From Polyangiales bacterium (GTDB lineage: Bacteria > Myxococcota_A > Polyangia > Polyangiales > Houyiibacteriaceae), in NCBI GenBank assembly GCA_965227405.1, contig OZ245758.1:2804338-2868337 (forward strand): DNA of 64,000 nucleotides. The letters run 5' to 3'. Numbering within the stretch: the stretch's first letter is position 1; every line of letters starts with the position of its first letter. The position numbers were made by a program, and so were the translations under genes. Positions 9,346-18,086 of the stretch are shown here, piece after piece. The notes under the pieces are model-generated. The model was given only the letters and a program-made list of their open reading frames with translations. It did not search any database and was not told the DNA's origin.

Positions 9346-12191
9346 ACCATGTGCGTCTCCGAACGCTTCGTTCGGAAGTTCGCATCCATGTAGTCCATCA
9401 AGTCGAGCATGAACGTTTCCATCTGCGCGCCGTCGGGCGTGCCTTCTGGAGCGTTCGTGTAGAACGTTCCCTTCACGCACTCGTCGCCGCGGCAACGACC
9501 GTCGGGGAACACGAAGATCATCTTCTGGAAACGCTGCGCTTCCGGGATGGTCCGTGCGGTCATGAAGTTCCAAATCACGATGCCGGTGGCCACCAGGTCG
9601 GTCGGATCCTGACCGTAGCCGTGAAGCAGGTACACGACCGGGTATTCGACGTCCTGATACTCCTCGTCGAAGTAGCCGGGCGGCAGCACGATCGCGGCGG
9701 GACCGGTGCGACCTGTCGTCGGTGAGGTGAAGTCGATCGTGAACTGGTTCATGTTCTCGCAACCGGGGCTGACCTCGGGACAGATCCGGTCCACCACGCG
9801 GCGTCGGTCACCACCGGGCCAACGCTGGCTCATCCACGCCATCACGCTGATGATGCGGTTGAGCACCTGGTTGGGTGTTCCGACGTGCTGTCCGTCACCC
9901 TGTGCGAGCGCACCTTCGCTCGCATCGACATTGCCGTAGCGGATGTGGACGTACTTGCCGGTCTCGCGCCAGTCGACGTTGTTGAAGCGAAGATCTTCGT
10001 CCAGGAAGAGTCCGTCGTAGGTCAACGCTGCGTGCGAGTTGTAGAGCGTGAGCGGAAGACCGCGCGCCGAGAACGCACCCGCGAGGTGGTTCTGGTTCGC
10101 CGCGAAGTTGAATAGGTCGCGGATGCCTCCGTCGCTGAAGAAGTCCAAGTCGCGAAGCGTGTTTTCATCGGCGGTCAGAACAAAGCTGCGCGGGTTGTTC
10201 GCCAGCATATGCGCAACGCCGCGTGCCTGGGTCCAGCAGTCGTCGCCTTCACCGTTGTCGAAACCGCCTTCGTCGAGCTGTGCGGTGCCGGGCACGGCGT
10301 CCATTCCGTCGTCGAAGAAGATCTCGCCTTCACCGGCAATCGGGCTTGCAATCGGGCTGTCGCAGCCCGCGACGGGAGCGCCCACGTAGTCGCGAAGCCA
10401 GTTGTTTTCCGTGCCGTTGGGGTTGAACTGGAAGTCGTAGTCGTCTTCGTTCGGATCGGGGTTGGTGATCGGGTCGTAGCCAGGCTCGTCGACGTTGCAG
10501 AGCTGGTCGATTCCGCAGTCGAGGAAGTTCTCCCGGCCCTGACGCACAATCGGTTCACCTGGGTCGCGGATGCCGTTGTCGTTGTAGTCCACGGCGACGG
10601 CCACCTCGATGGGGTCGGGCTGCGGTTGCACCGTCGGATCCCAGATGCCGTGATCGCGCTCGCCATCGACGACGATCTCAGCGCCGTCGCAGAACGTGAT
10701 GACCGGATGCTGACCGGTCATGTTGTACTCCTCGTCGAAGAAACCGGTTCCGTCTTCGCAGCCACCGCTTCCATCCGGCTCACACGCGGGGATCACCACC
10801 GGGTTGGCGCAGCGGTCTTCGTTGGTCCGTTCGCGATCGCTATCGGGAATGCCGGGCGGCAACACGTTGGCGCCTGTTGGATCCAGTGTCGCCGTGGTGT
10901 TGGGATTGCCGTACATGCGAGCGAGGTCGCGGAAGAGTCGCAGGTACTCGTCACGGTCGAAGGTGCCGCCGTGTCCGTTCCACTCGTCTTCGTAGCGCCA
11001 GTGCTCGAAGTCCTGTGCAACCTCGTAGCGCGGATCGTCGACCGGCGGAGTGCGCGCGGTGTCAGCGGGTCCCGCACAGCCTTCCGGATCGTCGATGCGT
11101 TCTTGCTCGGTGCAGAAGCCGCCGATGTGCCAGGTGCGGATGTAGTTCAACAGGTGAATCCAATCGACCGGACCACCCAGCGGACCGAGGAAGTCGAAAC
11201 GGTCCGGGTTGTTCATGCCGATGAGCGCGGCGCCTCCAGAACCCATCGAAACGCCGGTGATGCCGCGGAAGCTGAACGTGCGCTCGCGCAGTTGAGGCCC
11301 GTTTTCACGGGCGATCGGCTGATAGGTGCCGAGTCGTGAGGTGTAGAACGTGACGTACCCCGGGTTGGACTCAAAGTCCGGGCTCGCAACGGGGATCGCG
11401 CGAGGTTCGGTCACTCCGGGACCGCTGTAGGCGAACTCCACGTTTCCGCGCCGGGCGTTTTCGGGCAGCAGCGCGAGCTTGACCGGAACCGTAAACGGGA
11501 TCTCTCGATTCAGGCGCGTGTGACTCGGCCCAAACGTAATCGCAGGTCCGAGGGCCGTGTACCCCTCGGGGATCTGATCCTCGGCGCAATCGATGGTCAC
11601 GTCGAAGGGATCCACGCGGAACTGGTCATCGCGCGATGCGCCTTCCGGAATCTCGATGCCCGTCAGGTCGTCGTCGAGTCGAAGCTCGCCGCCAGGACCG
11701 ACGTTGCCCGACGCGTCGCCCGTGCACGTGGGAAGCGTCGTGTCTTGAACGCGAACATCAAGCGTCGACGTGAAGGTCATCTCGTCTTCGGTACCCGGCA
11801 GGTCGGTGTACGTGGCCGTGATCGTGGTCTCACCTTCGGCCAGTGCGGTGAAAATGATCTCCGAGCGCGAGGTGCGAGCGGGAATCGTGATCGTGTCGAC
11901 GAAGTCCACGATGCCATCGGTGCTGGCACTCAGCGTGATCGTCAGGTCTTCGCAGAAGTCACGTGCGACCGAGAGACGTGCGTCGCGCATGATGCCGTTG
12001 ACCATGTCGAGTCGCTCGACGCCCCACACCAGCTCGGGCGGGTTGCAGAACGCTTCGCGCTCGGCGTCGATGTCCATGACATCTTCCATCCCGGCATCGG
12101 GCAGCGGTCCGGTGTCCGGCGTATCGCCGTCGTCGTCACCACAAGCAATCAGTAAAGCGAGAGAAAGGGCGCAGAAGCCTGAAATGCGCAT
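9336..12191 (-). CDS. Large secreted lipoprotein with alpha/beta-hydrolase (esterase-family) motifs
   Basis: Lipobox 'LLIAC|GDDDG'. The central region has an 'ITGVSMGSGGAAL' GxSxG nucleophile-elbow motif. The C-terminal region has 'LPPGYFDEE..YPVVYLLHGYGQD', an esterase (PF00756-like) N-terminal signature. Pro/Asp/Gly-rich linkers. Confidence 0.7.
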   Translation of the reverse strand: MRISGFCALSLALLIACGDDDGDTPDTGPLPDAGMEDVMDIDAEREAFCNPPELVWGVERLDMVNGIMRDARLSVARDFCEDLTITLSASTDGIVDFVDTITIPARTSRSEIIFTALAEGETTITATYTDLPGTEDEMTFTSTLDVRVQDTTLPTCTGDASGNVGPGGELRLDDDLTGIEIPEGASRDDQFRVDPFDVTIDCAEDQIPEGYTALGPAITFGPSHTRLNREIPFTVPVKLALLPENARRGNVEFAYSGPGVTEPRAIPVASPDFESNPGYVTFYTSRLGTYQPIARENGPQLRERTFSFRGITGVSMGSGGAALIGMNNPDRFDFLGPLGGPVDWIHLLNYIRTWHIGGFCTEQERIDDPEGCAGPADTARTPPVDDPRYEVAQDFEHWRYEDEWNGHGGTFDRDEYLRLFRDLARMYGNPNTTATLDPTGANVLPPGIPDSDRERTNEDRCANPVVIPACEPDGSGGCEDGTGFFDEEYNMTGQHPVITFCDGAEIVVDGERDHGIWDPTVQPQPDPIEVAVAVDYNDNGIRDPGEPIVRQGRENFLDCGIDQLCNVDEPGYDPITNPDPNEDDYDFQFNPNGTENNWLRDYVGAPVAGCDSPIASPIAGEGEIFFDDGMDAVPGTAQLDEGGFDNGEGDDCWTQARGVAHMLANNPRSFVLTADENTLRDLDFFSDGGIRDLFNFAANQNHLAGAFSARGLPLTLYNSHAALTYDGLFLDEDLRFNNVDWRETGKYVHIRYGNVDASEGALAQGDGQHVGTPNQVLNRIISVMAWMSQRWPGGDRRRVVDRICPEVSPGCENMNQFTIDFTSPTTGRTGPAAIVLPPGYFDEEYQDVEYPVVYLLHGYGQDPTDLVATGIVIWNFMTARTIPEAQRFQKMIFVFPDGRCRGDECVKGTFYTNAPEGTPDGAQMETFMLDLMDYMDANFRTKRSETHMVYE

Positions 12192-12272
12192 AGAAGCGCA
12201 GCCTATCCGAGAACTTGCGTGTGATCCCGTTGTGTCGCCTTACAGACAGTAGTTCCTGACTGAGCCGGTTCG

Positions 12273-12722
12273 TTACTCGGGGCAGCCCTCGTCAATCGAG
12301 TCGTCGCAGTCCTGGTCCATTCCGTCGCAGAGCTCGTCGTTTCCGGGAAAACGGTTGGGATCGTTGTCGTCGCAATCGCCGCCGGCACACTCGAGAGAGA
12401 ACGCACCGTCCATGTCCATGTCGCCCATGAGATCGCAGTCGGTCAGGCAGCGCAGCATCTCTTCGGAGCAGCGGTCGGGCGGACAAGCGGGCTCGTCGGG
12501 TTCCACGCAGCCGTTCTCGTCGGCATCGATGCGTGAGCGATCGCAACGTTCCATGCCGTTGCAAAAGACGCCGTCGGAACATTCGGCGTCACTGATGCAT
12601 TGCACCGGACCGTCGATGAACACGTCGGGCATCGGTGTGTCGAAGAACCCAGAGTCGACCGGAACCTCGTCGTCGTCGCCGCACGAGAACACAAGCAAGA
12701 GCACACAAAGGAGCCGGGTCAT
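12273..12722 (-). CDS. Cys-rich secreted lipoprotein (myxobacterial 'putative metal-binding' CxxC/DxD-type repeats)
   Basis: Start at 'MTRLLCVLLLVFSC|GDDDE'. Contains 'CAGGDCDDNDPNRFPGNDELCDGMDQDCD'. ATGA overlap with the upstream HD gene. Confidence 0.55.
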   Translation of the reverse strand: MTRLLCVLLLVFSCGDDDEVPVDSGFFDTPMPDVFIDGPVQCISDAECSDGVFCNGMERCDRSRIDADENGCVEPDEPACPPDRCSEEMLRCLTDCDLMGDMDMDGAFSLECAGGDCDDNDPNRFPGNDELCDGMDQDCDDSIDEGCPE

Positions 12723-13303
12723 ACACCCGCCTTCTGGTGAATGGCGTCCACGACCGAGCGCAGCTCTACGACCAACGCATGATCCCAATCGTGTGCCAAC
12801 GCTTCGACCACACCACGGTAGTACCAAAGCGTTTGTTCTTTCGTCCCGGTGAAGCGGTCCCACAGCTCTTCGCCGACAACACCAAGGTCGCGAAGGATCG
12901 AGCGCGCGTTGTGCAGCTTGTCTGCCGCGCTGATCAGCTTGACGTCTTCAGGCTCGTCGCGAAGGTGCGCGAGGTACTTCTCTTTGCGTTCTTTCCAGGG
13001 TGGCTTGGGAAGCGTGACCGAGTCACTGAGTGCTTCGACCAAACCACGAACGCGAGGACCGAAGCGTTCTTCGACCTCTTCACCCGTCGAGCCGTCGATG
13101 TCTTCCAAGTAGTCGTGCAACACCGCGGCGATCATCTGATCTTCGTCGCCGTGGTGTTCACCGACCGTGACCATGACCTGAAGCAAGTGCGTCAGGTAGG
13201 GAACGCCGCTGCCTTTGCGGATGTGCGTACGAAACGAAGACGCGGCGAGAGCTAGAGCTTGATCGAGCCGTTGCGTGTACTGGTGTTCATTCGTTTCGGG
13301 CAC
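12719..13303 (-). CDS. HD-domain protein, small alarmone ((p)ppGpp) hydrolase-like
   Basis: 'RKGSGVPYLTHLLQVMVTVGE..HGDEDQMIAAVLHDYLEDI...DKLHN' matches the RelA/SpoT-type HD hydrolase signature. GTG start proposed at 13301-13303; the upstream part of the ORF is probably read-through. Confidence 0.6.
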   Translation of the reverse strand: MPETNEHQYTQRLDQALALAASSFRTHIRKGSGVPYLTHLLQVMVTVGEHHGDEDQMIAAVLHDYLEDIDGSTGEEVEERFGPRVRGLVEALSDSVTLPKPPWKERKEKYLAHLRDEPEDVKLISAADKLHNARSILRDLGVVGEELWDRFTGTKEQTLWYYRGVVEALAHDWDHALVVELRSVVDAIHQKAGV

Positions 13304-13322
13304 GCCCGAGCATAGCGCGAAG

Positions 13323-14687
13323 TCAACGTCCCGTGATGCTTGTGCGGATCTCTTGGTTGCGCTCTGCAATTGCTCGGAGACCTGCCGTAGCAGCTTGGTT
13401 GACGGCTCGAAGCAGGAGTTCTCGACGTGCGCTTGGGTCGTCGACCCCTTCTTGATCGAGGCGGTCGCGCATGGCGCTGAGCGCTTGGTTGAGAATGTCA
13501 GCGGCAAGCGCAACGCCTTCGTTCATGCTTCGTTCTGCGGCGTCGGCCGCAGTCGTGGCGTACCGCAGCTGCTGGTTCCAACGAGTGTCGCCTGACGTTG
13601 ATCCGTGAACAATACGACGTAGCTCGCGCGGTGTGATCTCTCCATCCCGAATGGCGGAGCGCATCGCGTCGGTCGACATTGTTGCAACCTCCAACGCGAC
13701 TTCCGCTCCAAGTGCACGACCAGCTGCCTCGTTGTTCTGAGCGTTGACCCGCCACGCTCTTGCGAGCTGACCAGCGTTGACGATGGCACTCCCGATGGGA
13801 CCAACGATGTCGTTGGTAAGAGCAGCGATCACTCGAAAGGCCGGCGTTGCGGCAGCACCCTCCCATCCTCCAAACACGCTTTCGCGGGGCGGTTGAAGAA
13901 CTTCGAGCGCGTCCCGAGCATCGATCGGAACGCCTGTTGGGATTGGGTTGGGTGTCGGTGTCGGCGTCTCCGCAATGGCTTCTCGAGCTTGTCGTACAAC
14001 CCGCGGGAGAGTCGCAAGTTCAGCGGCCCATTGGTCTCGGTTGCCGAAAGGATGCAGGTCCATCGTCGTACCCGCTAAAGGGGAGCATTCGTCCCACTGG
14101 ATCCCCAGCTCAGGTAAGCCGTCGGCGTTAGGAGGGGCGTTGGTGACGCGTCGGTCAACTTCGTCGTAAAGAGCCATCAAGCTAGTCAGCGTCGCTCGCC
14201 GAAGCGACGTGTTCCGGGGCGTGCGCGGAGTTTCATCCAACGTGTGTTGGAGACGCGCCGCACGCGTCAGAAGCTCACTGGTGCTTCGCCTCGCGAGGTT
14301 TCGACCAAGCGCGCGAGCGGTGCGAGTTTGCGTGACTGCACGCGGTGTAGAGGTCTGCGACGCGAAACGCGCCATGGCCAAACTCTCTGCGCTCGCGATC
14401 GTTGATGCGGAGTCTCCGACCGGACCGCCTTCGCCTGCTGCGGCTGCGTTTCGGAGCATCGCTTGGCGCATGCGTAGTGCATCTTGTGCTTCTAGTCGTG
14501 TGGCGGCGTCCATCACTCCCGTTTCAGGCAGGTGACGCGCTTGCTGGAACACGCGAATCGCTTCCCGCTGTTGTTGTGGAGTCGCGTCGGGCGCCACCAG
14601 TCCGAGCTCGACGAGAACCTCGTCGACTGAAGTAGGAGCTGTCGTGGCTGAAGCGACAGGTGCGGAGGGGTCGAGTTGGGCACGCAT
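13323..14687 (-). CDS. Hypothetical protein with putative peptidoglycan-binding (PG_binding_1-like) N-terminal motif
   Basis: 'LVELGLVAPDATPQQQREAIRVFQQARHLPETGVMDAATRLEAQ'. The rest is low-complexity Ala/Arg/Thr-rich. Confidence 0.5.
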   Translation of the reverse strand: MRAQLDPSAPVASATTAPTSVDEVLVELGLVAPDATPQQQREAIRVFQQARHLPETGVMDAATRLEAQDALRMRQAMLRNAAAAGEGGPVGDSASTIASAESLAMARFASQTSTPRAVTQTRTARALGRNLARRSTSELLTRAARLQHTLDETPRTPRNTSLRRATLTSLMALYDEVDRRVTNAPPNADGLPELGIQWDECSPLAGTTMDLHPFGNRDQWAAELATLPRVVRQAREAIAETPTPTPNPIPTGVPIDARDALEVLQPPRESVFGGWEGAAATPAFRVIAALTNDIVGPIGSAIVNAGQLARAWRVNAQNNEAAGRALGAEVALEVATMSTDAMRSAIRDGEITPRELRRIVHGSTSGDTRWNQQLRYATTAADAAERSMNEGVALAADILNQALSAMRDRLDQEGVDDPSARRELLLRAVNQAATAGLRAIAERNQEIRTSITGR

Positions 14688-14735
14688 GCCGTCTTATCGG
14701 GCTCTCAAGTTACGAGTTGTGGTCGATAAAGGTGC

Positions 14736-15089
14736 ATGTTCCGCGCAATCTGGAAACGTATTCCGAAAACTCCCCTGTACGGGCTCTCCGTCATCGGATT
14801 GGCGATTCTCATTCTCTGGGGCGTGATGTCGGCCCACGAGGGGTGTCTTGCAGCACGCGACGAAGAGGCCGACGCGCGGCGTGTGCTTGCAGACCACTAC
14901 GCGCAGAGCGACATGGACGAGGCTCAACAAACCCGAGCAGATACGCTTCGCGCGATCGCTCAGTACGTCGACTACGGCTACACACCACTGCAGTATTCTC
15001 AGCACAGTGACGCGGCAAAACGCCGGTTACTCGAAAACCTGCGCCGGACCCAATTCGCTCGACACAGAAGGTGCGCGTACGTTCGCTAG
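14736..15089 (+). CDS. Possible small membrane protein
   Basis: One TM segment 'LYGLSVIGLAILILWGVM'. Fills an otherwise empty 400-nt gap. Mixed codon usage. Confidence 0.3.
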   Translation: MFRAIWKRIPKTPLYGLSVIGLAILILWGVMSAHEGCLAARDEEADARRVLADHYAQSDMDEAQQTRADTLRAIAQYVDYGYTPLQYSQHSDAAKRRLLENLRRTQFARHRRCAYVR

Positions 15090-17035
15090 TCTTTGGGGCC
15101 TGACCGGCCGGTGCTGTCTGAGGAACGCAGCCACGCTAGGCCCAACGGAACGGGTCCGAGCAGGATCGCGAACGCCAAAAACAGCTGCGCGTGCTCCGGC
15201 ACAAAGAGCACCAGCATCGCTCCAAGAAAGAGTCCAGGTGCTGCGATGTAGAAGCGTCGGTCGGCCATGACGCCAGCCAACACGGCACCCGCTCCAAAGA
15301 AGAACAGCTCTAGCGCGGTACTTCGTAGATCGCGCAGGCCCATCGCCACGCCCACGACACGCAAGAGCACCGCCAGAAGACCCAATACGATCAACGTCAT
15401 CAGCGTTCGCTTGCTGCGCTTGGACGTGGTCATCCCGCGACCGAGCAAACCGCCAATCCCAAAGAAGAGCGGCACCGACACGTCGAACACCAACGTGTTC
15501 CACCACTGGTACTGGTACACGTCGGCACGTCCGAGCACGTACGCCGCTGTCGTTCCCAGAATGGCAAGCATCGCCCCGCCCAAGAGCATCTTCCCGCGTG
15601 CACGACGACCTGGATCGAGATGCTCTTCTTGGTCTTTGCGCTCCAGTTCCGCGGCTCGCTGACGTTGGTCGCGTGCTTCCTCCCGCAAAGGCTCGGCTTC
15701 GGCTACTCCATCGAGCTCTTCCAGTAGAGTTTCTGCAGAAGCCGCTTCGCCGCGGTGCAGGTGGTAACGCGCCATCGCGAGAAGTGCGCGCGTTTGAGCC
15801 GGTCGGGTCTCAGGGTTGTGTGGCCAGTGTCGAAGAGACTCCGCCAAACCAAAACGACAGCGACCAAACACGCGCTGGATCTTGGCGTTGCGCTCTGAGC
15901 TGCGTTCGCGAATGTGGCTTGGCGAGTCGAGTGCTTCGCCGATCAAACGCTCCAGTTCTTCGAGCTCGGCCAGCGCGTTGGTCGCCAGAGACTGCGCGAA
16001 ACGATGCGAGCGGAAATCGCGGATCGCGCGTCGCATCGCTTCGGCGCTCTCGTAGCGTTCGGCCGGATCGGGGTTCATCGCCTTCTGGCAAATCGCAGCG
16101 AGTTCGGTTGGAACCTCATCCGGAAAAATCGGGATCTGCGCGTCGTACGCGGCGTAGAGCAACTGCTGCAGGTTCTCGCCCTTGTGCGGCGGTCGACCGA
16201 CCAGGATCTCGTGAAGGCAGGCACCCAGCAGGTACACGTCGGTGCGCGGAGTGAGCGCTTGCCGGCCCACATCGACCATCTCCGGTGCCAAGTACGCCGG
16301 TGTGCCGAGCACCTCGCAGATCTCGTCGGCCATCGGAAGCCAGTCGCGGTACTTGTCGTCGGTGCACACCGCCACGCCCCAGTCGAGGAGCACCACTTCG
16401 CGGAACGCTCCGATCATGACGTTGTCGGGCTTCAGATCGAGATGCAGCACGCCGCGGCTATGCGCGTAGTGAACGGCATCGCACACCCGCATCAACACCT
16501 GGAGCTGCCAGGCCAGTCGGTCGTCGGCGTCGCTGGGAAACGCGGGATGCTTGGGATCGCGAATCAACGCACGCCAAGGCACACCTTCGATGCGCTTCAT
16601 GATCAGCATGGGTGCGTTGCGTTCGTCGGTGGAAAACCCGTAGAGCGGAACCACGTTGGGGTGCTCGACCAGGCCGAGAATCCGCCCTTCGCGCAACAGA
16701 CGTGCGGCAAACGCCGACTCGAGGAAGGGATCGCGCAGCGTTTTGACCGCCACTTCACGACGCAAGCCTGCTTGTTCGGCCAGCTTGATCGTGCCCATGC
16801 CGCCTTCGGCCAAAGGACCTTTGACGCGTAGCGCGTTGCTGTCGCGATCGTCTTTTGCAGGAGGTTGAAGCGTCTTGCGCTTAGGTCGCGGTGGAACGCT
16901 GCGCTTGCCCTGCGTTTGGCGAATGCGCGGCGCCAACGTGGGCATGAGCGTCGTGTCGAGCGCGTGGTTCTCCGGCACCGACTCGAGGTCGAACGACTCG
17001 ACCAACTGCTCCAATGTCATTTTGCCGGTAGCCAC
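15086..17035 (-). CDS. Ser/Thr protein kinase with multi-TM C-terminal domain (non-RD catalytic loop HLDLKPDN)
   Basis: Gly-loop 'AEGGMGTI', 'VAVKTL', 'HLDLKPDNVMIG', 'DWGVA', APE-like 'GTPAYLAPE'. At least six hydrophobic helices at the C-terminus. Confidence 0.85.
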   Translation of the reverse strand: MATGKMTLEQLVESFDLESVPENHALDTTLMPTLAPRIRQTQGKRSVPPRPKRKTLQPPAKDDRDSNALRVKGPLAEGGMGTIKLAEQAGLRREVAVKTLRDPFLESAFAARLLREGRILGLVEHPNVVPLYGFSTDERNAPMLIMKRIEGVPWRALIRDPKHPAFPSDADDRLAWQLQVLMRVCDAVHYAHSRGVLHLDLKPDNVMIGAFREVVLLDWGVAVCTDDKYRDWLPMADEICEVLGTPAYLAPEMVDVGRQALTPRTDVYLLGACLHEILVGRPPHKGENLQQLLYAAYDAQIPIFPDEVPTELAAICQKAMNPDPAERYESAEAMRRAIRDFRSHRFAQSLATNALAELEELERLIGEALDSPSHIRERSSERNAKIQRVFGRCRFGLAESLRHWPHNPETRPAQTRALLAMARYHLHRGEAASAETLLEELDGVAEAEPLREEARDQRQRAAELERKDQEEHLDPGRRARGKMLLGGAMLAILGTTAAYVLGRADVYQYQWWNTLVFDVSVPLFFGIGGLLGRGMTTSKRSKRTLMTLIVLGLLAVLLRVVGVAMGLRDLRSTALELFFFGAGAVLAGVMADRRFYIAAPGLFLGAMLVLFVPEHAQLFLAFAILLGPVPLGLAWLRSSDSTGRSGPKD

Positions 17036-17038
17036 GCT

Positions 17039-18079
17039 TCACCGAAGAAAGAAGTATCCGACAACTCCTCCGATGATCGCGGCGATGACGCCACCGATCG
17101 CCCAACCCACCCACGATGCCGTTTTGGGAACGGACACCTGTGAGTTGCGTTGGGTCGAAAATCCGCCGGTATGCGATGGCCGAACGCCCGCAGCCAACGC
17201 AAACGCGTTGGCAAACTCGCGCGCCGACTTGGGGCGCTGCGCGGGATCCTTGGCCATGGCTCGTTTCAAGAGGTCGTCGATTGCCGGGTAGTCCGGCAGG
17301 TGTGCAGAAAGCGGCTGAGTCTTGCCCTGCATGATCGCTCCGAGCAACTGCCCGTGGTCGGATGCGGTAAAGGGGCTCTCCCCGGTGAGCGCTTCATAGG
17401 TAATGACCGCGAGCGCATACACATCCGAAGCCGACGATGCGTTGCGCGCACTCGAAAGCAGTTCCGGGGCCATGTAGCGCGGGGTGCCGATCACAGTACC
17501 GGTCGCGGTGAGCTTCTTGCCCTTGGCAATCGAGGACAACCCAAAGTCGATGATCTTCACGCGCCGATCATCGGTGACCAGAACGTGATCGGGTTTGAGA
17601 TCGCGGTGCACGACACCGGCCAGGTGAGCGACATCCAGAGGCTCGCAGATCGCTTTGAGGATTGGCTGAAAGTCGTTCGGCTGCAGCGCGCCTGCACGAC
17701 GCACCATGCTGCCCAGCGACTCGCCTTCGATCAGCTCCATGGCCAGCCAAGGCACGCGACCGTGGGCATGCCCGAAACCACGAATGCCGACGATGCTGGG
17801 ATGGTTGAGGGAACTGAGGATTTCGACTTCGCGCGCAAAGCGCTCTCGCGCATCTTCGTCGTGTCGTGCTTTGAGCAACACCTTGAGCGCGACGGTATCG
17901 TCGCTCTTCAGATCGGTGGCACGAAACACCGTGCCCATCGCACCGGTTCCGAGGATGTCGTCGATGCGAAACCGATCGCCAAAGAACGAACCTTGCGAGA
18001 ACGGCGCGACGACATCCGTTTCCGGATTGTCGACCTCTGAGTAGAGCGGGAAGCGCTCCTCAAGCCCTTCCTCTTCCAT
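17039..18079 (-). CDS. Ser/Thr protein kinase, C-terminal TM anchor
   Basis: 'GTGAMGTVF', 'VALKVL', 'HRDLKPDHVLV' (catalytic Asn replaced by His), 'DFGLS', 'GTPRYMAPE'. TM 'WVGWAIGGVIAAIIGGVVGYFF'. Confidence 0.85.
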   Translation of the reverse strand: MEEEGLEERFPLYSEVDNPETDVVAPFSQGSFFGDRFRIDDILGTGAMGTVFRATDLKSDDTVALKVLLKARHDEDARERFAREVEILSSLNHPSIVGIRGFGHAHGRVPWLAMELIEGESLGSMVRRAGALQPNDFQPILKAICEPLDVAHLAGVVHRDLKPDHVLVTDDRRVKIIDFGLSSIAKGKKLTATGTVIGTPRYMAPELLSSARNASSASDVYALAVITYEALTGESPFTASDHGQLLGAIMQGKTQPLSAHLPDYPAIDDLLKRAMAKDPAQRPKSAREFANAFALAAGVRPSHTGGFSTQRNSQVSVPKTASWVGWAIGGVIAAIIGGVVGYFFLR

Positions 18080-18086
18080 GATGCGC

